The notes under the pieces are model-generated. The model saw nothing but the letters and a program-made list of their open reading frames with translations, was not told the origin of the DNA and searched no databases. 64,000 nt of DNA, taken from Podarcis vaucheri (lineage: Eukaryota). Position 1 is the stretch's first letter. Every line of letters begins with the position of its first letter. The stretch lies in the NCBI GenBank assembly GCA_965113315.1, contig OZ220368.1. One strand, 5' to 3'. Made by a program: the position numbers and the translations under genes. Shown here piece by piece: positions 37,001 through 48,049 of the stretch.

Positions 37001-37716
37001 AAACATCTGGGGGGGGCACCATGTTGGTGAAGGCTGTCTTGATTGATTCACTGAAAGAAAAGAGATTGGACGTCAGAAATGTGGCCATGTGTGGCAGCTA
37101 TGACCAGTAATGCATCGCATCTGCCATGCAATCAAGTTCTTCCATTTCACTTTTGTTTGAGCACCAGCCCTTTGATCAGATACAAGGCTGCCCCTTGACT
37201 GCATTTCACTGCCTCTTGCAGTATTCCACCTCCCAGCAAGCTGCCAGCCACATTTGAAGGAGCTGACATTTCCAAGCCTGCCTGCTGGGGAGACAGGAAG
37301 ATTTTTCTCATGGTGTCCTCTTGACACGCAGAGACTGCCAAGACACACATGCCTGAGTCCCAGGATTGGAAGGGAAGTGACTAACCTTTTCAAAAGGAGA
37401 TAAAATAGCACAGTGATACAGCTGTGGGTGCTAGAACTTGCAAGATTTTAATGAAGAGACTCAGGGGAGGGGATGAGGGAAGGGGACAGGTGGTTCTGAA
37501 AAATTGGGAGGACCACAAGTATCTTTTCAGACTGAGAAAAGAAGAAAAGACAAGACTGGTAAATATGCAGGTTAGGGTCAGGGGGGAAAAGGATGCACAA
37601 ATCTGTCAATTTTTCGCTCCCCCCCCCATTAATAAATTCCATTCCTCACATTTCCACAGTTTACATTTAAAAAAACATTATGATATACAGTTTTCTACAA
37701 ATCATTTCCACTGATA

Positions 37717-37955
37717 CAGTGGTACCTCCGTTTACGAACTTAATTCGTTCTGGAGGTCCATTCTTAACCCGAAACCGTTCTTGACCTAAGACATGCTTTT
37801 ACTTATGGGGCCTCCCACTGCTGCTGTGCCACCAGCGCACTTCTGCTCACATCCCAGGGCAAAGTTCCCTACCTGGAACACCTACTTCTGGGTTAACGGA
37901 GCTTGTAACCCAAAGCGTTCGTAAGGAGGACGGTACGTAACCAGAGATTCCACTG
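37717..37955. mobile_element. Tigger-like MITE nested in an AT-rich DNA-transposon remnant
   Basis: TA-cagtggtacctc...gagattccactg-TA. A closely related copy lies at 57997-58217. Confidence 0.85.
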
Positions 37956-38104
37956 TATATGCACTTTTATGCACACTTTAGTGTATATGGTTTTTTGTAC
38001 ATATTACTTGACTGGAGAACTGCAGAGTCACATTTCTTCCTTATCCCTAGTTTGAGGCAATGAGGCGTGCTTAAGTTTGTGCTTTGCTCTCCCAAGCTTC
38101 TCAG

Positions 38105-38282
38105 CAGGGCCGTCTTTACCATATACCACCAGGGTGCAAAGATCCGCCCAGCGACCCCAAATTTAGTTTACTCCCCAAATTAACTTTTATTATGCTTATG
38201 TCATGCACCACTCCTGGCACCCCCCAGAATTCAGTGCCCAGGTGCCCCACACCCCTTGCACCCCCGGGTAAAGACGGCCCTG
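38105..38282. mobile_element. hAT MITE
   Basis: Perfect 16-bp TIR cagggccgtctttacc/ggtaaagacggccctg and perfect 8-bp TSD cttctcag (38097-38104, 38283-38290). Confidence 0.92.
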
Positions 38283-38647
38283 CTTCTCAGTTTAGTTAGA
38301 TAAGAAGATTAAAATCTGGCACCAGCAAGTCTCCCATTTGAAAGTAGAACATTTTTCTCTACAGCTCGATTGGAGAGGGGTCAGGTCCAACACATGTGAC
38401 AGTTATGTGGAAAGGATCTTCCCCTTTAAAACACTGTTTCTCTCACCACTGAGAGATCATGGCTGCCCCCACACTTGTGGAACTAGGGAGTGGTGGGGAC
38501 AATGTTCAGGGAGATGATATCTCCATTTCCTAATGGCACTGAAACAAGTTCTAATGATCTTTGCTTCAGCTACCCAGAATGAGTGAAAAAGCTGCCTCAT
38601 TGCCTCTTTTATGCAAAAATACTTCTGAAGAAACTGTTGCTGTTTGC

Positions 38648-38650
<3 letters not shown>

Positions 38651-38691
<41 letters not shown>
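38651..38691. repeat. (TC)n microsatellite
   Basis: Read directly from the sequence. Confidence 0.95.
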
Positions 38692-38693
<2 letters not shown>

Positions 38694-39782
38694 AAGAGTT
38701 TGTGTCACATAATTCTCTTCCCTCATTCCCTCTTTTGCCTTGTATCCAGGAATATATACACGGTATTTTAGGAGGCTATTTCCCCCACTCCAACCACCTG
38801 TGACAAACACCCCATGACAAACAGTGGGGGTGGTTTTGTCCATTTAAGATGCTGTAAACTAGTTTGGAAAACTACCAGAACAAATGAAGCTCATTCTATT
38901 ATGTAGGGAAACAGGAATATAAGAGTGGAGAAGCTCCATGTCACCCTAGGTTGTTAAACATTTGAGAGAATGCATTTGTTTATGTGTGAGGGGAGGGGGA
39001 GCAGCAGTTAACAGGCTATGATCTCTATGTGTCTGTGATTCAGTGATCTCATACTGATTTTCCTAGAGTTCCATGATTTGAGAGAGCACTGGCTTTATCC
39101 CTTGGGCACTAGAGACCTACAGTTATCTAGGTGGTAGGGGGTGAGGCAATTCCTCCCAGGGACCACATGTTGGTTGGGGCTTGATTCCAAAAGTGGGCCA
39201 AGCTGAAGGTGGGAGGAGGCACACTTTTCTCTCTTTCCCCCTTTCTAACAGTACCTTCTCTTTCTCTGACTGGCTTTCTCCTTCTTGGCATCTGCATGAA
39301 ATTTGACCTACGGATGCATGAAATTAGGTCTCGAGCTCCAGAGTAACAACTTGCTGATCAAGTTCATAGAAGGTTTGATCTCAGGAAGTTGGTATCCTTG
39401 GGTTTCCATACATTACAAATGTGGGAATAATCAGACCCCATAAAAGGCTGGTTGCTTAAACCTAAATTCCTACAGTGTCAGCCAGTGACAGTGATGAGCA
39501 GTGTTCCTTCCTAATTCACACATATTTTAAATTTATTTACCACATTTTTATTCTATCCTTCCTCCATGGAGCTCGAGGCAGCATTCATGAACTTTCTTCT
39601 CTTTTGCCCACACAGTCACTCTGCAAGGTAGCTTCAATAGACAGTGACTGGCCCATGGCTTAATAGCTGGGCAAGGGTTTGAACTCAGCTTTCACTGTCT
39701 CTGCTACATCAGGTGGAACCCCTAGTTGGTAGTCTCTGCTTTGATGGAAGCAGCAGTTCTAAGCAATAACAGTACTCTGTCT

Positions 39783-40054
39783 TTGTTGTTGTTGTTTAGT
39801 CATTTAGTCGTGTCAGACTCTTCGTGACCCCATGGACCAGAGCACGCCAGGCCCTCCTGTCTTCCAATGACTCCCGCAGTTTGGTCAAACTCATGCTGGT
39901 AGCTTCAAGAACACTGTCCAACCATCTCGTCCTCTGTCGTCCCCTTCTCCTTGTGCCCTCCATCTTTCCCAACATCAGGGTCTTTTCCAGGGAGTCTTCT
40001 CTTCTTATGAAGTGGCCAAAGTATTGGAGCCTCAGCTTCAGGATCTGTCCTTTC
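39783..40054 (-). mobile_element. 5'-truncated Bov-B LINE
   Basis: ORF 39796-40056 gives LKLRLQYFGHFIRREDSLEKTLMLGKMEGTRRRGRQRTRWLD (Bov-B RT C-terminus), followed by a (CAA)n tail. Confidence 0.92.
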
Positions 40055-43000
40055 ATACATACACGGCCAGGTCTTTTTAATGTTGTGTATGTCTTTGCAG
40101 ACAGAAAGGAAGGCTCTTAGCAATCATGGGCCCAAAGAGCTCTGAAGTTTGGTTTATTTATATATGAACATCACCATAGGTGAGATTCAGAAACCTTCCA
40201 CCTGCAGTTCTTTCTTCCCTCTCCCAACTGTACTGGGACAGAGAGAGAAGGATGATGGGATTTAGTCCGGCACAGCCTGTAAGATTGCAGGAGTGTGATG
40301 GGCTCAGATGCACCAGCTGTTCAGGTGACCTTCCTCTGCATTCCCGTGCTTAAGTCACTTCAGGCAAATGCTTAGTTTCCCATAAAGTCAAGCACTGGAT
40401 TTATATGCATCCAAGTGCTAAATGACCCATCTGGCCTGTAATGGCCTGGTTGCATAGATTTAAAGTGGGCCAACCACAAAAGTTCATATTAGAAAAAGAA
40501 ACCCCTTACCTAGGAGAACCTTACCTTGGAACAGCAATTTTAGGCTAGGGAGGTGAGAAAGTAGGTCATCTAATCAGGGCAGCATACTCACCCAACAAGC
40601 TGTAGCCCAGGAGATTACTAATGTCAACATTTTAGCCCTCTATATGCGAAGGTTAAAAACCTTGGCTTCCTATTGGGAACGGTCTGCTTGTAGTAGGAAA
40701 ATACAGGCTGCTTGAGGTCAGTGCTGCCTTTGTTGCACATATGACACTTTTGATGGTATTTTTTGTTTGAATGTATGTTTATATTTAGTTTTATTAATTA
40801 TATGCTGCCCAGCAACCTTTACTTTGTGGGAAAGCATACAAATGCTATAAAATCAACCAATGAATCTGTTGGGGTCGTTGGGAGTGGAATCTAGTCAGAG
40901 ATGTAAGAATCTGGGAGAAATTCAATTTTGCTTGCATTTTAATGAAAAACCAATTTGCAAACTAAAACACAACTAACCTTTGAAATTAACACCGTCCTGA
41001 ATTTTGCGATACAGTTATCCAAGCAAACAATGTATGCAAAACTGCATCTCCAACCTGCCACCCTCACCCCATGATAGCACTGACCACCCCACTGCCTTTT
41101 TTTCTAGGAATCTAGGGATTGAACCCTCTATGGCCTGTGTCTTGGCCAAACATTGTCAATCATTGCACCTATTTCTTCTACATGGGACTGCATTTCAGCT
41201 GAAAAGGAGGAGTGTTCAACTCTTAATATATATTACCCCAATCTTCCATGTAGATAATATCTATCCTCCCTAAACCTTTTATATGACAAGCTCTGTATGT
41301 GTTAGCTCATATGTGCTATTCCCAACTATTAGTGTGAGACGAGCTCATAAGTGTAAAAGACAAGGTAACCCTAGTGTATAGAGGATCTAGTGTATAGAGA
41401 ATAATGTATCTGGCAATTTTTGCCCAGCCTGGGGAAGATAACTGCACCATCAACAATCCGTTTGCTGGATTTTTTTTCTTTATTACTGTTGCCCCTGATG
41501 GATGAATAATGAATAATTTACTTTTGGCTTTTGCATTATGAAGTATTCATCGAGTTCACGCTTCCTGGGGTAATTAAGTACAGCATCAGCTGCCCGTAAT
41601 CTGACCAAGAGGCAATTCATCTTCAGCACTTCATTAGCAGGGCTTCTTGTCGCTTTGATAAATTAATGACAAACACAGGAACATAAACACAACTCCCCGT
41701 CAGGACCTTAGCAGCTCACCCTTGGAAAAGACAGCGGAGCAATCTAGTAGAGAATCCTGGGTGCGTGAACCAGCTCTTAGGAGCTGAACACCTCCAGCTG
41801 TTCAAGCATGGGGAAAGAATGTCTTGGTCAGGTGTACTGCCTTTCGCAAAGCCCTGGTGATTCCATTTCTCCTAATTGAGACTCTGAATCCAGCAGTGTT
41901 CAGAAGAATCGCTGGAAAATGGGGCAATGTGAATGCTTTCCTCTTAACTAGGAGGGGATGCCTGTTCTGATATGATGGCTGCTAAGACAAGCTTGCATTT
42001 GACACATGGGAATTATTTCAAAATACAGAAGGCATGCTTCTTGCTTCAGAAATATGGTGCAGAAACAACTGAAAACGTATGCTGTTATGATCATCTCAAA
42101 GCCATACATTTAATCAACTAAGATCCTTTTATAAGCAGGTGACAGCTCAATTTCCTACCCCTGAACAATATCAGCAGGAGAAAGAGGGCAGGTGATAAGA
42201 GTCTTTGTGCTGGAAGGAATTAAGTTGCCATTTAGACAGGGTCACTGCTAATCTGACCTAAGTGAAATTACTTCACAGCCCCAAATATGAGCAAGAGCAA
42301 GAGAGAACCCAGCCAAGTCTCCCCAAGGGACATTTAACTGAGCGTGCCCATCAGGGCCAGCCCTGCCAATAGGCAGAGTGACACAGTGCTTCAGTTGGCA
42401 GATGCTGAATTTTGGGCTGTGGTAATGGGATGCTGAAGGGGTAGAGTTGTGTGCATCATATTGCCTGCCCTCTACCACCTAAGCTAGCATGCTGCCCTCA
42501 GATGTGGTGGAGGGTGCTGTCCTGTCACCAGTGCTGAGGCAATATCCAATTCTCAATTGAGTCAGCTTCTGTATGTGGAAGGGGGGGGGGGAGAGCACGC
42601 TTTTTTCCTTTGCCTTGAGCAGAAAGATTTCTGGGCCCAGCCCATGACAACCAGATTCTTATTCCTGGTTGTGGTAGTTTCCAATGTTGCAAAGAAACAA
42701 TATATATCTCCACCCTGCCCCCGCCTTGGAAAGCAACAACCCTTATGTGTGGGGTGCATCCCCTTAGTGACCTCAGCGGAGCGCTATTCAGAATAGTACT
42801 TGCACAATAAGCACTATACATCATTTTGACTTTGTTTCCAACCCTGTGAAGTTATTTGTTCCCACAATTATTTTAGGGAGGCTATACCAGGATTTTTCTA
42901 GCTTTAACCCCCCCCTTTAAAACATTCTGATTTCCAGCGTAATTTGTAGCTGCAATTTGTAGCTGTTGCTTCTCACACCCACAATTCTACTATTACTTAC

Positions 43001-43213
43001 CATGTTTATTGCTTTTAATTTGCAATGTGCTCTGAAACTATTTTATGCATTTGGCCTGATAGCAGCCTTGTGAGCAAGAGTCTTCTTGAAGTTATACAGA
43101 GGGCAGTCTGCATAAAGAGAAAGAAAACTAAAAGTGCTGCACTTTCCTTTTATGGTAAGCACTTGCTATATGTACAGAGATGAACTTGGTCAGACCCTGC
43201 TGTGCTACCATCT

Positions 43214-43215
43214 TT

Positions 43216-43272
<57 letters not shown>
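43214..43272. repeat. (TTTC)n microsatellite
   Basis: Read directly from the sequence. Confidence 0.95.
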
Positions 43273-43275
<3 letters not shown>

Positions 43276-44794
43276 TTTTTAGTTTACATGAGGAAGATCA
43301 AAGGTAGGCTCTTGATTTATTTATGTTGCAGCAAAGCTTCGCCACTGTACAGCTTCTCTCTCCTTACAATACAGACAGTTTATCTGTGCACTCCATCAAA
43401 ATGATTGTGTTGACGGTCCTTTCAGAGAGGCATAGAGCTGGAAGGGTAGCTTTCATTCCTCTGCTGTTATCTTGCAAGCATGAACTGTGAATCCACTCTT
43501 CCTCCAGATTCTAAATGTGTTTGTATGACATGCATCCTGGAAGTCAGTGACATGGATTTGCACATCTGGAGCCTACCGGATGACTGAAAGGGATTAGCTG
43601 AGGTGGTCTGCTTTGATGTTTCAGGTGCCTGCCCCAGAATAATGTGAACAATCAGACTGAGATCTAAGTACATTTCCTTCAAGCTAATAGGATCTGGGTA
43701 TTGTGGGCATCCATCATAGATCCTTTGCCAGCAGCAGATATGTAGGTCTAATTCTTACAGACTGTGGATAGACTGTACAGGTTCAGGCTGCATGTGTGGC
43801 CCTGCATTTTGTAAACGTGTCTTTATAAATAAGAAAAAGTTGATCACTGCACACTGTCAGTATAGCAATCCATGTTTGTTTATTGGCTTTCATATGTATA
43901 CCTGTGTGTTTATTCCCAACACAAGTAGGGCAATAGGCCCTTCTGGCCCTGTCCTGTTTTTTTCCCATCTGAACCATACTCCCCTAGGCCCAGCATGCTT
44001 ATGATTCTTGGATTTATGGCACATGGGTGCATTTGGGTCAATGCTAGGAGGCTACAAAGTCCAATAATGCATGGACTTTAATTTAGACATTTTGCTGTGG
44101 GTGCATTTGCGCATGGGGTCAATGGGTTGGTGACCCCAGGAGATGGTGCAGGTGGAGCTGAACCCAGTTTAGCAAACAGAGTGGGTGGGGGTGAACCATG
44201 TCTGGGACAAGAGATGGGAAGATCTATGCTGCTCCATAGCACACTGAATATGTACACATTCGGGAATATGTGAAAAGGAATCTTAGCATTCTCCTAAAAA
44301 CTGTGGCTTAGTTGAAACCCAACAAAACTGGTTTCTAAGACAGGTTTAAGGAGATGCATTGAGAAATAAGTGTGTGTTGCAGGGAGCTGTTTGATCATGT
44401 TGGATCCATGAGTGATCTCTTTGGAAGCACTGGAGGGGATTAAAAGCTTTGTGTTCTGTGGAATAACATCATTATTGACTCCATGTAAAATCAACTTGGA
44501 GCTGGGTTGGAGGGGAGAGAGAGAGAGAGCATAGTGAAGTTTTTAGGTGGACACAAGGAGAAATATGAAAGAATCTAGCACAGTTCAACGATAGCATCAG
44601 TGACCTCTCTTCCTAATTTCCCACAGGAACTTCTGAGATAACCAAATGGGCTAGGAAAACACCACCAACAACGCAAAGTCTTTTATCGTGCTTTTGTGGC
44701 AAAGCCTCTATCCAATCCATATAGCACATCACTTCAAATTCCTATTTTATAAGATTTGTTTTAGTGTAGAGAGGGAAAGGTCAAAGGGGATGGG

Positions 44795-45195
44795 TGTCAT
44801 GGGACTGCTGGGGAGTGGGAGGAATGTTCAGAGGGAGGTGGACAGGAAGTGACGGATGAGGAAGGGGGAGAGAGCCAAGAGGTGGAAAGGCTCTCCGATG
44901 CAGAAGCTGAGCCCCAGCACCGCACAGGAAGTTCTGGCACTGGTGGAGAGGCGGTGTCTGTTCCATCTGCCCAGGAGAGGAGAGAATGAAAGAGGAGGGG
45001 GGAGAGGCGTCACATGAAACTTCCACGCCTTTTCTGTTGGAGGAGAAGCCAGTGAAAGCCACTCCCAGAATCTGAACTGGAGAATTCAGATGCATGATTG
45101 TAACATGCTGCCTGTACATATGTAAAATAAAGAACTGTAAATATCTCTGAGTGAGCAGAGGTGCTTATTGCGAAGAGCATACACAAGACATTACA
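44795..45195 (+). mobile_element. Solo LTR (401 bp)
   Basis: TGtcatg...cattaCA termini, perfect 5-bp TSD atggg (44790-44794, 45196-45200) and AATAAA at 45126-45131. Confidence 0.85.
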
Positions 45196-46308
45196 ATGGG
45201 TCACAGAGGGAAGGGGTGGGGTTAGAAGTCAAAGATGCAGTGCCAAAGGGGCTCCGCTGCTTCTCTGCTGAATGAGGGTCGGGAAAATCCCAGAGCCAGC
45301 CCTGCTGGAAAAGCCCAAGATAACATGTGATGAGAGTCTGGTGGCACTTGAGTCAGGTTTTGAACATGGTTAGTACACACAGTTGAACAAGCCATTCTCA
45401 CCTACCAAATGAACTTTTTTTTTTACTTTGTTTTAGAATTTCTACACTTGCCTCAGGCAATATCAGACATAAGCGAGATAGTGAAAAGCAGGCCAAGGAT
45501 GAAATCGCTGTCTGCAAAATGCCAAAAAGAGGTGACACAGCAAAGCAGAGATAGAAATGTGGGAATTCATTGGTCTGATAGATATAAATTTCCTCCCCAT
45601 CCTCCATCTGTTGTGTCAGCATCTCTGACATTAATAATTTACAGTAATAAACTGTGAGATAACAGCAAGTCACTGCGTGGGACGCAAGGCAAACCTGGGT
45701 GCAAAGTGAGTGATGGTTCTAGCTGAGAGGCTGGCTTATTGCTAATAGGATTGTGGAAGTCAAATAATTATAGAGCGCTATTCAAGCCAAGATATATTTT
45801 TCAAGAGGATGTTTAACCTTGTCACATCCCACATGGTAGATATGACTCAGGATGCTACAATGAGGTGGTTGTTTGGCTTCGTGTCCTTCAGACACGATAT
45901 AAATCATTCAGCCATCCAAAAAAGACTAAAAGAAGGCCCCTTTTAACAATGATTCAACCAAGCTTCATTGTCTTTTTTATTATTATTTTACAAAGTCCAT
46001 CCCAAGTGGAAGAATAACTTGAGCAATCTTTGCCCACAAGACTGGAAGCACATAATTGAATTACTCCCTAATATCAGTTTATTAGTCTCCAGCCTCTCTC
46101 CCTATGGGCCTTCTGGGCTGTGCATATATTCAGTACTTATGTGTAACATGAAGACTGCCAAGTCAGCTGTGTTTGACCTCAACCTTATGAGGGCAATAAT
46201 GACAGTCTCTGCAGGCTACAGTAAGCAACATCTTCATGATTCCCCCCGCCCAAGCTCTTCTATGTGCACAGTCTTTCCTAACGACTTAGCAAAGATTGTG
46301 GTGAAGAT

Positions 46309-46353
46309 TCTTCTTCTTCTTCTTTGGCGATCACTCATAGCCGAGTAAGATAC
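46309..46353 (-). mobile_element. Extremely 5'-truncated non-LTR (RTE-like) insertion with (GAA)n tail
   Basis: About 30 nt of body plus a (TTC)n tail, flanked by gtggtgaagat (46298-46308) and gtgatgaagat (46354-46364). Confidence 0.6.
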
Positions 46354-47239
46354 GTGATGAAGATCAAGGGAGGAAGGCCTTCATAAACATTTTGTATGCT
46401 CTAAGTCACAAAAAAGAGCAAAAGTAGTCATGTTGGCCCATAAAAGAAATCCAAAATCCACATAAGGGCAATAAAATTTCTAAGTACAAGATGATTCCCC
46501 CCCCCAGGCAGTTTCTCAGAAAGTCAGATGCCATCTAATAAAGCCAGATGTTTTGGACTACAACTTCCAGCATGGCTGATGAGTGTCACTCTTAGACAAG
46601 GGAAACGCTTGAGTCAAATCATGACCCAACTCTGGCTTTCCAGGGCTCTAAAAATCATGAAGAGTTTTTACAAGTACAGAGGTCTTCCCACTGCAAAATC
46701 ACTCCCCATGAGGTAGCAGGGGAAGAGGGAGAATGGCGCTACTGCACTCATCACCACTGCCCTCCTCATGTGTCCACATCTTTCAGATATGAAGCAAACC
46801 AAAACCAGGACACCATCTTCCAGCTGCATACTCCTGCGTGAGTCTGTACCTACGCAAAGACCAGAGAAGTGATCTTGCACAGTGGCCCATAATGTGTGTT
46901 TTCAGCCACCATGCCTGAAAAATGTGCAGCCCAAAACTGTGATGGCCATTTTGGCCGCTGTCCTCTTGTGAGAAAAAACAGGATGTCCCATTTTTTTTCC
47001 ATGGCAGTTGACAGGGATGTGCGTTTACTTCACCCCCAGATGTAATGCCTGCAAAGGGCTATAGACCTAAGCATGTTTGTGAATCTGGTAGCTTTATATG
47101 GGAATGCAAGACAAGCTGCTCACTGCACTGGAGAGTCTCCCCACCCACTTTCCATAGCTGGCCGTAGATCAAATAACACCCATGAAGAAGTATCTGTGGT
47201 ACTCCCTCCATTTGGTTGACTTTAGAATATGTTTTCTGA

Positions 47240-47490
47240 CTTTGCTGCTTGGTTTCTTTTTGTGGAATGCTCTCCTCGGGGAGGTTCAGCTGGCGCCTTC
47301 ATTATACACCTTTGGCTGATTAACATCCTATACCCTTTTAAATGAGGTTGTGGGAGGAGATGGGGAGTTGGGAAGATTTTGTTTTGTTTTTTGTTTTCAT
47401 TATGTGTTTTTTTAATCTTGTATTTTTAAGTTGTCAACCACCCTGGGATCTATAGATGAAGGGCAGTATACAAATCTAATGAAATTAATT
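47240..47490 (+). mobile_element. L2 3' remnant
   Basis: 'tgtggaatgctctccct..gaggttcagctggcgccttc' and the terminal 'accaccctgggatc...gaagggcagtatacaaat'. Confidence 0.6.
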
Positions 47491-47881
47491 AATATTATTT
47501 GAAATGGATGATTTATCCCAGTCGTACATGCTTGTATGCATGGATAGGATCACAAATACTCTCTCGCACGTCGTTTGTTGCGTCAGCACTCATACTGCCA
47601 ATTTTCCTGTGAATTTTACAAAAGAAAGAACATGATGGCCATAAAGGTGTTGTCGGCTTTTCTTTTCTTTTCTTTTCCTTTTTATGGCATATGTATGTTA
47701 TTGATTTTCAATAAACAATGAAGAAAAAGAAAATGATATAAAACATGGAGTACAGATGGTCAGAAAAGGAAAGTGCAAAAACATACAGGGTTACAGCTTA
47801 TCCATGGATCAGAATTCTCGATAACAATACATGTGTCACAGGTAGTTTGATTAGGAAGGCAGATTTATTAATAGAAACATA

Positions 47882-48049
47882 GTTCTAGTTATAGGTTGGT
47901 AGCCGTGTTGGTCTGCCGTAGTCGAAACAAAATAAAAAAATTCCTTCCAGTAGCACTTTAGAGAACAACTAAGTCTGTTATTGGTATGAGCTTCCGTGTG
48001 CATGCACTTAGTTGGTCTCTAAGGTGCTCCTGGAAGGAATTTTTTTATT
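47882..48049 (-). mobile_element. Penelope-like (Neptune-like) pLTR fragment with inverted segment; ribozyme truncated
   Basis: Same family as 63201-63395, with a 14-bp TSD ttaatagaaacata (47868-47881, 48050-48063). The hammerhead lacks CUGAAGA and has GAAA changed to GGAA. Confidence 0.85.

Noticed and set aside
46787-46837. 51-nt possible exon (tttcAG...TGC|gtgagt)
   Set aside because: The pyrimidine tract is modest, the peptide is unrecognisable and no linked exons were found.
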